In this document: positions 19,964 through 28,886 of the stretch, piece after piece | Position numbering within the stretch: position 1 is the stretch's first letter | Layout: each line of letters opens with the position of its first letter | From: Vulcanimicrobiota bacterium | Lineage (GTDB): Bacteria > Vulcanimicrobiota > Vulcanimicrobiia > Vulcanimicrobiales > Vulcanimicrobiaceae | Length of the DNA: 64,000 nt | Assembly: GCA_963695225.1 (NCBI GenBank) | Contig: OY968762.1 | Location: 284,501-348,500 of the forward strand | Direction: 5' to 3' | Translations under genes and position numbers: made by a program | The notes under the pieces: generated by a model | What the model saw: only the letters and a program-made list of their open reading frames with translations | Database searches by the model: none | Told to the model about the DNA's origin: nothing

Positions 19964-21091
19964 CTAGTCGATCCGCTTGCGGAAGCGCAGCACGGCCGTC
20001 GTGAAGACGGTGATGCCGAGCAGCGCCAAGAGGCCGATCTGGCGCCAGAGATACTCGACGCCGACGCCCTTGATGATGATGCCGCGCACGATCGTCAGAA
20101 AGTACGTGAGCGGGACGAAATACGAGAGCGTCCGCAAGCCCGGCGGCATCGCGGCGACGGGGAAGATGAAGCCGGAGAGCAGCATGCTCGGGATCAGGAA
20201 GATCTGAATGAGCTGCGTCGCTTGGATGTACGTCTTCGCGACGGTCGAGACGAGCGTCCCGAGGCCGAGCGTCGTGAAGAAGAAGACGAATACCGTCAGG
20301 TAGAGCAGCACGAGGCTCCCCGCGACGGGGACGCCGAACCAGAAGATCGCCAGCAGCAGGATCAGCGTGACGTTGATGTAGCCGATCGTCATCAGCGGGA
20401 GCATCTTGCCGAGCATCAGCTCCCACGGCTGGATCGGGCTGACGACGAGCTGCTCGAGCGTCCCGAGCTCGCGTTCGCGGACGATCGTGCTCATGCTCAG
20501 GAACGTCATCGTGAACTGCATGACGAGCGCGAGGACGCCCGGCACGATGAAGACTTCCTGGCGGAGCGCCGGGTTGTACCAGGCGCGCGTGCGGACGTCG
20601 ACGCCGATCTTCGGCGTGGAGAGGCCGTTCATTTGCAGCTCCTTGACGACCATGCCGCGGGTCACGCTGCTGCCGATCGCCTGCGCGACGGAGAGGCTCG
20701 TGCGAGCGGCCGTCGCGTCGGAGGCGTCGACGGCGACCATCACCTGCGGCGCCTTCTTCTCGTGCAGCAGAACGGCGTAATCCGGCGGGATCACGATGCC
20801 CGCGAGCGCGTCCCCGCTTTCGATGCGGCGGACGACGCCCTGCATGTTCGTCGCGCGGTATTGCACCGAGAAGTACTGCGAGTTCACGAACGCCGCCAAC
20901 AACCGGCGGCTTTCGGCCGTGCGCGAGAGATCCCACACGACCGTCGGCTGATAGCGGATGTCGCTCGAGAGATAGCCGTAGAGGATCACTTGGACGAGCG
21001 GCATGAGCATCGTTGCGACGACCGTCCGCCGGTCGCGGAAGAACTGCGTGTACTCCTTGAGGGCGATCGTCCACATCCGCCGCCAGTTCAT
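19964..21091 (-). CDS. ABC-2 type transporter permease
   Basis: Starts MNWRRMWTIALKEYTQFFRDRRT, typical of YbhR/YbhS-like ABC-2 permeases, followed by a large loop and C-terminal TM helices. Adjacent to two ABC ATPase genes. Confidence 0.8.
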   Translation of the reverse strand: MNWRRMWTIALKEYTQFFRDRRTVVATMLMPLVQVILYGYLSSDIRYQPTVVWDLSRTAESRRLLAAFVNSQYFSVQYRATNMQGVVRRIESGDALAGIVIPPDYAVLLHEKKAPQVMVAVDASDATAARTSLSVAQAIGSSVTRGMVVKELQMNGLSTPKIGVDVRTRAWYNPALRQEVFIVPGVLALVMQFTMTFLSMSTIVRERELGTLEQLVVSPIQPWELMLGKMLPLMTIGYINVTLILLLAIFWFGVPVAGSLVLLYLTVFVFFFTTLGLGTLVSTVAKTYIQATQLIQIFLIPSMLLSGFIFPVAAMPPGLRTLSYFVPLTYFLTIVRGIIIKGVGVEYLWRQIGLLALLGITVFTTAVLRFRKRID

Positions 21092-21092
21092 G

Positions 21093-22037
21093 CTACGGCG
21101 CTCCCGCGGGGTTCGCGGCCTTGACGAGCCCGGCGAAGACGTCTTCGAGCGAAGGCGTGACCGGCCGCAGATCGGGGACGCGGATGCCGCGTTCGTCGAG
21201 GAAGCGCTGCAGCTGCGGGAGATCCTCGGCACGTTCGACGGTGACGTGCAGCGAGGAGCCGTAGAGGGAGGCGCTGCGGACGCACGGCAGGTCTTCGACC
21301 GTATCGAGCAGTGCGACGTTCTCCGGCGCGACGATCTCGACGGTGACGCCGGAATCCGGCGCGTGCTTGAGCGCTGCGGGGGAGCCGCGCGCGACGATGC
21401 GCCCGTTATAGATGAACGCGAGCCGGTTGCAATGCTCGGCTTCGTCGAGGTAATGCGTCGTCACCATCACCGTCGTGCCTTCGTCGGCGAGGCCGACGAT
21501 CAAATCCCAGAACTCGCGGCGCGAGACCGGGTCGACGCCGGCGGTCGGCTCGTCGAGGAAGAGCATCTGCGGCCGATGGATCAGCGCGCACGCGAGCGCG
21601 AGCCGTTTGCGGATGCCGCCCGGAAGGGCGCCCGCGAGTTCGCGGCGGCGCTCGGTCAAGTCGACGCGCGCCATCCACGTTTCGACGGCCTCGCTTTGCG
21701 CCGCGCCGTAGAAGCCGAACAGCCCGGCGAAAAAGCGCAGGTGCTCTTCGACCGTCAGATCGCGCCAGAGGCTCGAGCCCTGCGACATGTAGCCGATGCG
21801 CAGCTTGACGGATTCGGGATCGCGCGCGACGTCGTAGCCGAGGACTTCGGCCCTTCCCGACGTCGGCTCGAGGACGCCGCAGAGCATGCGGATCGTCGTC
21901 GACTTCCCGGAGCCGTTCGGGCCGAGGAAGCCCCAGATCTCGCCGGCGTGGATTTCGAACGAGATGCCGTCGACGGCGACGAACGAGCCGAAGCGCCGCG
22001 TGAGCGACTCCACCTTGACGCTCGGCGCGGACGTCAT
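21093..22037 (-). CDS. ABC transporter ATP-binding protein
   Basis: GPNGSGKST Walker A, LPGGIRKRLALA signature, MLFLDEPTAG Walker B. Internal ATG at 22037 overlaps the upstream ATPase stop. Confidence 0.85.
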   Translation of the reverse strand: MTSAPSVKVESLTRRFGSFVAVDGISFEIHAGEIWGFLGPNGSGKSTTIRMLCGVLEPTSGRAEVLGYDVARDPESVKLRIGYMSQGSSLWRDLTVEEHLRFFAGLFGFYGAAQSEAVETWMARVDLTERRRELAGALPGGIRKRLALACALIHRPQMLFLDEPTAGVDPVSRREFWDLIVGLADEGTTVMVTTHYLDEAEHCNRLAFIYNGRIVARGSPAALKHAPDSGVTVEIVAPENVALLDTVEDLPCVRSASLYGSSLHVTVERAEDLPQLQRFLDERGIRVPDLRPVTPSLEDVFAGLVKAANPAGAP

Positions 22038-22948
22038 GCGATCAGCCTCGCGACGAACGTATCCTCGAGCGAGGGCGGAATCGCGCGCAGCTGCGCGTCG
22101 TCGACGCCGGCCGCCGCGAGGCGGCTCTGCAGTTCCGGGATCGCATCGGCCGAGGCGACGAGCGCGTGCAAGGCTTCGCCGAAGACTTCGATGCTGCGCA
22201 CGAGCGGATCGCTGCGCAGGGCGCGCCGCGCCTCGCCGCGCTTCGTGCAGAGGATCTCGACGACGGTCCCCTGCAGCTGCCCCTTCAGTTCGTCCGGCGT
22301 ACCGCAACTGAGGATCGAGCCGCGCGTGATGAACGCGACGCGTGTCGCGCGCTCGGCTTCGTCCATGTACGGCGTGCTGACGAAGATCGTCGTCCCCGTG
22401 CGGTTGATGCGGTAGAGGATGCGCCAGAACTCGCGCCGCGAGACCGGGTCGACGCCGGCCGTCGGCTCATCGAGCAAGATCGTCGCGGGGCTATGGATCA
22501 GCGTGCAGGCGAGCGCGAGCTTCTGCTTCATGCCGCCGGAGAGCGCCTCCGCGAGGCGTTCGCCGAACGGCGTCAGCGCGAAGTCCTCGAGCAGCGAGGC
22601 GGCGCGGGCGGCGAACTGCGCGCGCGGGACGCCGAAGATGTCGCCGTAGAAGCGAAGGTTCTCCGTGACGGAGAGGTCCGGATAGAGGCTGAAGCGCTGC
22701 GGCATGTAGCCGATCGCCGCTTGCACGCGTGCCGTGTGGCGGACGACGTCGACGCCGTCGACGAGGAGCGTTCCGGAATCGACGGCGAGCGCGCCGCAGA
22801 TCAGGCGGATGAGCGTCGTCTTCCCGGCGCCGTCCGGCCCGACGAGCGCGAGGATCTCGCCGCGCGCGACGTCGAGCGAGAGGCGATCGACCGCGACGGT
22901 CGTGCCGAAACGCCGCGTGACGCCCGAGATCTCGATCGCCTTCTCCAC
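22034..22948 (-). CDS. ABC transporter ATP-binding protein
   Basis: GPDGAGKTT Walker A, LSGGMKQKLALA signature, ILLDEPTAGVD Walker B. Confidence 0.85.
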   Translation of the reverse strand: MEKAIEISGVTRRFGTTVAVDRLSLDVARGEILALVGPDGAGKTTLIRLICGALAVDSGTLLVDGVDVVRHTARVQAAIGYMPQRFSLYPDLSVTENLRFYGDIFGVPRAQFAARAASLLEDFALTPFGERLAEALSGGMKQKLALACTLIHSPATILLDEPTAGVDPVSRREFWRILYRINRTGTTIFVSTPYMDEAERATRVAFITRGSILSCGTPDELKGQLQGTVVEILCTKRGEARRALRSDPLVRSIEVFGEALHALVASADAIPELQSRLAAAGVDDAQLRAIPPSLEDTFVARLIA

Positions 22949-22950
22949 GG

Positions 22951-24267
22951 CTACGTGTGGAAGACGGCGTCGGCGGGGAGGCCGGGTTTCAGCGCGCCGG
23001 TCGTGTCCGAGAACTGGATCTTGACGCGGAAGACGAGGTACTCGATGCGTTCTTGCTTGGTCTGGACGTTCTCCGGCGTGAACTCCGCGGTGTTGCTGAT
23101 CTCGGTGACGGTGCCGGTGAACGTCTTCCCCGGCATGCCGTCGATCGTGACGTCTGCCGTCATGCCGGTCTTCACATGCGGCAAGTTCGATTCGCTGATG
23201 TAAACGTTGAGGTAAGGGTGGGCGAGATCGCCGACGGTCAGCACGGCGGAGCCGGGTTGGATGAGGTTGCCGACTTCGAAGTTGTGCGAGATGACGTAAC
23301 CGTCGAACGGGGCGAGGATCTGCGTTTCGCGGACGCGATCTCGCGCGAGCGCGAGTGCGGCGCGCGCCTGGGCGAGTTGCGCTTGCGCCGTGAGGACCTG
23401 CGCTTGGCGCTGCGCGACGAGCTGTTCGCCCGCCTTCGCGGACTGGAGGTTCGCGACCGATTGGCTGCGCTGCGAGCGCGAGGCGCGGACGCCGAGTTCG
23501 CGGATCTGGACGGTGCGGCGGTTCGCTTGCGCGAGGGCGAGCGCGTCGCGCGCCGCTTGAAGCTGCGCGGCGGCGGCGGTGCGGGCGTTCGTCGCGTCGT
23601 CGAGGGCTTGTTGGGCGATATCGCCCGTGGCGGCGAGGCTGCGCGCGCGATCGAGGTTCGTCTGCGCGTGCTTGTCCGCGGCGGCGGCCGCGACGAGTTG
23701 CGCTTGCGCTTGATCGACGGCGAGCGCGGCCGCGTGCGTTTCGATGGCGAGCGTTTCGCCCGCTTGGCCGAGGTTGGATTGCGCGATCGAGACGCCTTCG
23801 CCGGCTTGGGCGAGCGTCGTGGCGTAGGTGGTCTGCTGCAGGCCGTACGCCGCCTGCGCCGCGGCGACTTGCGCGGCCGCGGCGGCGACGCCGGCCCGGG
23901 CTTGATCGAGATCGAGCTTAGGATCGAGCTGCTCGAGGACGGCGAGGACTTGGCCCTTGCGGACGTGATCGCCGTCGCGGACGCGCAGGTCCATGAGGCG
24001 CCCCTGGACCTTCGGGGAGAGGTCGCTTTCGGTCGCCTCGATCGTCCCGGAGGCCTCGATTCCGGCCGGCGGCCGCAGGCGCGCGAAGATGAACCAGGCG
24101 ACGAGGGCGACGACGATCGCCGCGGCGATGAGGATGAGCGGGAGGGGGAGCGGCGCGCCCTTGGCGGGAGGCTGCGGCGGGCCGCCGGAGGGCGCGCCGG
24201 GCTGCGCGCGGGCGGGATCGTTCCGCGGCGCGGCGGGGGTGGGCGCGGCGGGCTCGGCTACGCCCAT
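22951..24267 (-). CDS. HlyD-family membrane fusion/periplasmic adaptor protein
   Basis: TM anchor (PLPLILIAAAIVVALVAWFIF), a lipoyl-like segment, long Ala/Gln-rich coiled coils and a beta-barrel C-terminus. ATG at 24267 chosen; upstream track sequence overlaps the RidA gene antisense. Confidence 0.8.
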   Translation of the reverse strand: MGVAEPAAPTPAAPRNDPARAQPGAPSGGPPQPPAKGAPLPLPLILIAAAIVVALVAWFIFARLRPPAGIEASGTIEATESDLSPKVQGRLMDLRVRDGDHVRKGQVLAVLEQLDPKLDLDQARAGVAAAAAQVAAAQAAYGLQQTTYATTLAQAGEGVSIAQSNLGQAGETLAIETHAAALAVDQAQAQLVAAAAADKHAQTNLDRARSLAATGDIAQQALDDATNARTAAAAQLQAARDALALAQANRRTVQIRELGVRASRSQRSQSVANLQSAKAGEQLVAQRQAQVLTAQAQLAQARAALALARDRVRETQILAPFDGYVISHNFEVGNLIQPGSAVLTVGDLAHPYLNVYISESNLPHVKTGMTADVTIDGMPGKTFTGTVTEISNTAEFTPENVQTKQERIEYLVFRVKIQFSDTTGALKPGLPADAVFHT

Positions 24268-24493
24268 GGAGCGGCCTCGCGCCGCAGGGGCGAGCGCCCG
24301 AATCCGTAGCCGGGCCGGTTGCGCGCCGGGGAGCCGTCGACCATACCATCTCCAAGGGGAACCGACGGTGCGGCCCTGAGAATCGGGTACCGAAAGCGGG
24401 ATGGGCCCAAACGGCGCCCGGTTGGCGGCGGTTGCGTGCTTGCCGCGCGGCTCGCTGTTGCGGTGCCGGTGCTCACGACGGGGGAGAACTGCG

Positions 24494-24904
24494 ATGGGAC
24501 GATCGTCGAAAACGCGAGGGCGCCAGGTGGTTGGGTACGGCTCGCCGTTCGAGAGTGTGATCGGGTTTTCGCGCGCCGTCAGGGTGGGCGACATCATTGC
24601 CGTGGCGGGGACGGCCCCGATGAACGCCGACGGGACGAGCGCGTGCATCGGCGACGTGTACGGCCAAACAAAGCGCTGCATCGAGATCATCGCGGCGGTG
24701 CTTGGGGTGGCGGGGACGGACCTGACGAGCGTGATCCGAACGCGGATCATGCTGACGGACATCACCCGCTGGAAAGAGGCCGCGCGCGCGCACGGCGAGA
24801 CCTTCGCAGAGATCCGCCCCGCCAGCACGTTCGTGCAAGTGAGCGCGTTCATCCGACCGGAATGGCTCGTGGAGATTGAGGCTGACGCGCAGGTTGCGGA
24901 GTGA
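24494..24904 (+). CDS. RidA/YjgF-family (Rid) protein
   Basis: A 136-aa product with FSRAVRVGDIIAVAGT and VEIEADA, typical of the YjgF/RidA fold. Confidence 0.7.
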   Translation: MGRSSKTRGRQVVGYGSPFESVIGFSRAVRVGDIIAVAGTAPMNADGTSACIGDVYGQTKRCIEIIAAVLGVAGTDLTSVIRTRIMLTDITRWKEAARAHGETFAEIRPASTFVQVSAFIRPEWLVEIEADAQVAE

Positions 24905-24951
24905 ACGGCTTTCGTTGGTTTGGAAGCTAGGTTTACCGCGGGACGATCGCG

Positions 24952-25347
24952 TTAGAGTATAGCCCGCGTGGAGAGTTCGATCGAGCGCGGCACGATCGAA
25001 TCGTTCACGATGTAGGTGAAGATGAACATCCCCACGCCCGCGATCAGCGGCGCGGCCGCGATGCGGTTGAAGGAGACGCCCGAGGTGCGCAGCGCCGTGA
25101 TCTCGTTGTCGGCCGCCATGCGCCCGAACGCGACGAGCGTGGCGAAGAGGCAGCCGAACGGAAACGCCATCGGGATCGATTGCGGCACGCGGAACGCGAG
25201 GAAGCGCAGGATCAGGAAGATGTTCGCGTGCGCGTTGATCAGGTAATCCGCCGCGACGAAGAAGATGTTGATGAACCAGAACAGCATGTAGACGCCGGCC
25301 GAGAACGCGAACGGCCCGGCGAGCTCGCGCAGGATGTACGAATCCAT
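24952..25347 (-). pseudogene. LptF/LptG (YjgP/YjgQ)-family permease, N-terminal ~130 aa only
   Basis: MDSYILRELAGPFAFS... and NEITALRTSGVS match the N-terminus of ~360-aa LptF/G permeases, but the ORF stops after about one third of that length. Confidence 0.4.
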
Positions 25348-25424
25348 GATCGCCAGGCGCAGGCTTGGGCCCGGCGGTGCGATCGGTGTGGCGCGGACGC
25401 CCGGCAGCGTCGCCATGCGGGGGC

Positions 25425-25904
25425 CTAGGAGTCGCGCAGAGCCGCCGTAACCCGGGCCACGTAGGCGCGTGTCTCGGCGATCGGCGGCAGGCTGCCGTGC
25501 GCGGCATCGACGGCGCCCGGGCCCGCGTTATACGCCGCCAGCGCCAGGGCCGTATCGTGATGGTAGCGCGCGAGCAGGTCCCGCAGGTACCTGGCCCCTC
25601 CGTGGATGTTGTCTTCGGGGTCGAACCGGTTGATGACGCCGTAGGTAGCCGCCGTGCCCGGCATGAGCTGCATGAGCCCCGCGGCGCCGGCGCGGCTGAT
25701 CGCGTGGGGATCGCCCTTGGACTCGACGCGGATGACCGCCGTCAGCAGCGCCGCCGAGACCCCCGTCTGCGCCGACTCAGCCCGAACAAGCCGCTGGAGC
25801 TGCGTAGCATCCATCGAGTGCAAGCGCGAGGGCAGAAACCCGTCCCCGCCGGAGCAGCCCGCAAAGGCCGCCAGGGCGAGAAGGATCAGAAGGGGGCGTT
25901 TCAC
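25425..25904 (-). CDS. lytic transglycosylase (SLT domain) lipoprotein
   Basis: Lipobox LAAFAGC, plus the SLT motifs ESKGDPHAIS and AGAAGLMQLMPGTA. Confidence 0.85.
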   Translation of the reverse strand: MKRPLLILLALAAFAGCSGGDGFLPSRLHSMDATQLQRLVRAESAQTGVSAALLTAVIRVESKGDPHAISRAGAAGLMQLMPGTAATYGVINRFDPEDNIHGGARYLRDLLARYHHDTALALAAYNAGPGAVDAAHGSLPPIAETRAYVARVTAALRDS

Positions 25905-26098
25905 GTCGCTTGGGGTTTCGGCAGACGGAGCGGGGGTCCGCCTTGGGGGCTGCGTAGAGCTGCTGTGTGCCCTAGCGGATGCCGTCGCCGCCGTGTACCG
26001 GGTGGAAGTGCTCGACTATGCGCTCCCCTTCCCGGAAGTTGCGCGGAGAGCTACGTCTGCAGCGGGGAGCGGCTGCATCAGAGCCCAAGTACCGCTGC

Positions 26099-26836
26099 AT
26101 GGCCAATCTGGAAACCTACCGTGCGCGCTTACTTCAGGCTCAGGAAGTTGTCAAAGCGCACTTCGGTGAGGTCGATGGTGTAGCTGCAGAACACGATGAA
26201 GGGCAGAGGACCGTCGCGCAATCCGAACTGTGGGTCGGCGTCCTTTCTGGGCGCCCGGAACTTCCGGCTCTGAACGCTTCCGTCGATGAATTGGACAGTG
26301 GCCTATATAACTTGGCATCCGGACAATACCGAGAAGCATACGGGAATCTGCGCCTCAGCCTAGAGCTGGGCATGGCAGCGATTCATTTCTCCGTGGAAGA
26401 GCTCGCACTTCGGCAGTGGCTGCGCGACAAGGCAGACATTATATGGTCCAACCTCGTTCAGGATAGCGACAAAGACAAATCCCTATTTACAACGGCCTTC
26501 GTAACAGCCTTCAACGATGATATGGGTGGGCGCTGGAATCAATATAGAACGATCGCAAACTCCCTGCATCGCGAGCTGTCTACTCACGTTCACGGTGCCG
26601 CCTCGACGCGCCGATCGACAAGGACACTATTGTTCAAACGCGAGATAGCGCTTGATTGGCTCACAAAATGTCAGAACGTGCATCTATCCTGGCAGTATAT
26701 TATGCTAGCCCGATATGCTGACCACCTCAGGCTGAACAAAGCGACACTTTCATCGCCCTTTAAGGACATGTTGCGAACGCTATTTGCGTCGATAGAGGAA
26801 ACGAACGGGCTCCTGGCAGAGCTGGGCTGTGTCTGA
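26099..26836 (+). CDS. hypothetical protein, possible HEPN-like domain
   Basis: 245 aa from ATG 26099, helical-looking, with an Rx4H element (RELSTH) in the C-terminal half. The stop overlaps the next gene's ATG (TGATG). First gene after the compositional shift. Confidence 0.5.
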   Translation: MANLETYRARLLQAQEVVKAHFGEVDGVAAEHDEGQRTVAQSELWVGVLSGRPELPALNASVDELDSGLYNLASGQYREAYGNLRLSLELGMAAIHFSVEELALRQWLRDKADIIWSNLVQDSDKDKSLFTTAFVTAFNDDMGGRWNQYRTIANSLHRELSTHVHGAASTRRSTRTLLFKREIALDWLTKCQNVHLSWQYIMLARYADHLRLNKATLSSPFKDMLRTLFASIEETNGLLAELGCV

Positions 26837-28416
26837 TGTCGGATTTCTATTATCGAACGGAAGATATTCGACCTGACAGCATCCTCAAGTACTTTGTCGA
26901 GATTGCTGAAGACCGAGACATCGTCGATGCTCTCAAGCGCAGAAACCCAACCATCCTCGTTGGCAGCCGTGGTACTGGGAAGAGCTTCCTTCTGCGCGTC
27001 GCGGAAGCAGAGCTAAATAGAGACCTGGATTCAGAAAAGGTCTTGGCCGTCTACTCTACGTTCACGATGAGCCCGCTTATCCAGACGACCGATAGGCATC
27101 AATTTACACACTGGATGCTTGCACGGCTTGCAGCCAATCTCGTGCGAGTAGTCAGGCGGCGGTATTCTTCGCTACCTGAGAGTATCAAGAAGATAGGCGG
27201 CATCGCCAATGAGTCAGGTCGGACAGCCATCGAGCGCATTGCGGAGTCGTACGAGGAGTCGTGGACGCACGGGACTGCAGCGCGGATCGATCCAAAAGGT
27301 ATCCCAACTGCGGACAGTTTTAAGGAGGCAGTGGAGGAAACGTGCATAACACTGGGCCTGCAGCGAGTAGCATTCTTTATCGATGAGGCGACTCACATAC
27401 TACTCGCAGAGCAGCAGCGCCAATTCTTTACACTATTTCGCGCCTTGCGTAGCCCGTACTTGACTTGCCACGCCGCAGTCTATCCTGGCGTCACAGCGTA
27501 CGGGGACGCTTTCCAACGGAGCCACGACGCGACATTTTTATATCTAAATAGGGACGTCCTTGCACGCGAGTATATTGATCGCATGCGAGAGGTTATCGAG
27601 AAGCAGGCGGACAGTGCCACGCTAGGTGCTATAGCACGTAACGGAAGCAGCTTTGATCTTCTCGCCTACGCGGCTTCTGGTAACCCTCGACTTCTGCTTA
27701 AGACGCTTAATAGGGCGCCCAAGCTAGGCGCGCACGAAGTTAACGGTGTCATAAGATCGTTCTATCGGAGTGAGTTCTGGAACGATCACACAACGCTGAG
27801 CAATAAGTACGCACCCTATAAGACTTTCATCGATTGGGGAAGAGACTTTCTCGAGAGAGATGTGTTGGGAAAGCTTCGGAACCGAAGCCAGGCTACATCG
27901 TACCTTTACGTTGACAAAAATAGACCTAAGGCAGTGGAGCAGGCCTTGGACTTGCTAGCATACACAGGAATCATCATAGAGCACGAGGCCGGGATGCGTG
28001 GCACGCGCAGCGGCGTTGGTACGCGCTATCTTGTGAACCTCGGCACGCTATTCGCGACTCTCTCCGTTCCAACGTCTGAAGGCATTCTTCTTGTAAAGGC
28101 CTTGTCGCCAAAAAGGTTCGCAGAGTACGGCGCTAATTACCCTGCCTTCCTAGAATTGCAAAAGGCAGCATCGGACCTGCCAAGCGAGTTGGACACGTCG
28201 CCCGTTCTCCGCGAGCAACTGCGGCGCAGTATTGACGTGTTGGATATAACCGAATGGCAGAAGTCAAAACTTCGCGAACTCCGTTTTACGACCTTAGGCG
28301 ACGTATTAAGGGCGACCGATCAGGAATTGCAGGAAGCCTATTATGTAGGCCAGATCCGGTCGCGCCAAATGAAAAATGCAGCCCAAGCGGCGGTCTTTGA
28401 GTACTTGACGGGATAG
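26836..28416 (+). CDS. ORC/Cdc6-like P-loop ATPase with C-terminal RpoA alpha-CTD-like helix-hairpin-helix
   Basis: GSRGTGKS Walker A, VAFFIDEA Walker B, a winged-helix-like middle region, and the C-terminal LRELRFTTLGDVLRATDQELQEAYYVGQIRSRQMKNA, which resembles the RNA polymerase alpha CTD HhH. Confidence 0.65.
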   Translation: MSDFYYRTEDIRPDSILKYFVEIAEDRDIVDALKRRNPTILVGSRGTGKSFLLRVAEAELNRDLDSEKVLAVYSTFTMSPLIQTTDRHQFTHWMLARLAANLVRVVRRRYSSLPESIKKIGGIANESGRTAIERIAESYEESWTHGTAARIDPKGIPTADSFKEAVEETCITLGLQRVAFFIDEATHILLAEQQRQFFTLFRALRSPYLTCHAAVYPGVTAYGDAFQRSHDATFLYLNRDVLAREYIDRMREVIEKQADSATLGAIARNGSSFDLLAYAASGNPRLLLKTLNRAPKLGAHEVNGVIRSFYRSEFWNDHTTLSNKYAPYKTFIDWGRDFLERDVLGKLRNRSQATSYLYVDKNRPKAVEQALDLLAYTGIIIEHEAGMRGTRSGVGTRYLVNLGTLFATLSVPTSEGILLVKALSPKRFAEYGANYPAFLELQKAASDLPSELDTSPVLREQLRRSIDVLDITEWQKSKLRELRFTTLGDVLRATDQELQEAYYVGQIRSRQMKNAAQAAVFEYLTG

Positions 28417-28782
28417 GGAGTAACGGCACGCCGTTTGCGATTCTCGCAACGGTCAACAGAAGTGTGTAATATTGTGCAACTATGTCGGCGTGGCGCGGAC
28501 GCCGTCTAGCGCCGCCAAGGGCGGGTACCCCCACGGAGCGCGGCCATCACGTTGTATCGTTTGGGGTTTACCTGAAATATCCAATCCATCGTCAATGCCT
28601 TTGCGCTCAGAGCGCTAACCGGTTCCTCCAGCGTGCCGCTTGCCCTCACGCATTCTCACGGCGTGCCCTTCCTCCAAAGTGCCCAATCTGCCAACCGCCC
28701 GACGGGCGTACCGCCGATAATCCTGAAATACGATAATTGTCTTGGAGGTCGGGGAACGTGCCAAAGTATACCCTAAGGGGAA

Positions 28783-28831
28783 AAGGCAGATGCTCGGCGC
28801 CGTTCAAGTGACGGGCGTACTCATCTGCCTT
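28783..28831 (+). promoter_or_regulatory. 10-bp perfect inverted repeat upstream of the helicase gene
   Basis: aaggcagatg (28783-28792) and catctgcctt (28822-28831) are separated by 29 nt, ~55 nt upstream of the GTG start at 28887. Confidence 0.3.
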
Positions 28832-28886
28832 AGTCGCCTCATGGCTAAGTTCTGGTCGAGGGGCGACGCTTGCCCAGGAGGATCGA

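Noticed and set aside
20222-24309. Long plus-strand ORFs (20222..21124, 21003..22415, 22166..23203, 22957..24309) opposite the ABC/HlyD genes, and the 5' extensions of track ORFs 19964..21232, 21093..22307 and 22951..24852.
   Set aside because: These are antisense shadow ORFs or Arg-rich upstream extensions. Internal ATGs that give tight gene junctions and typical N-termini are preferred.
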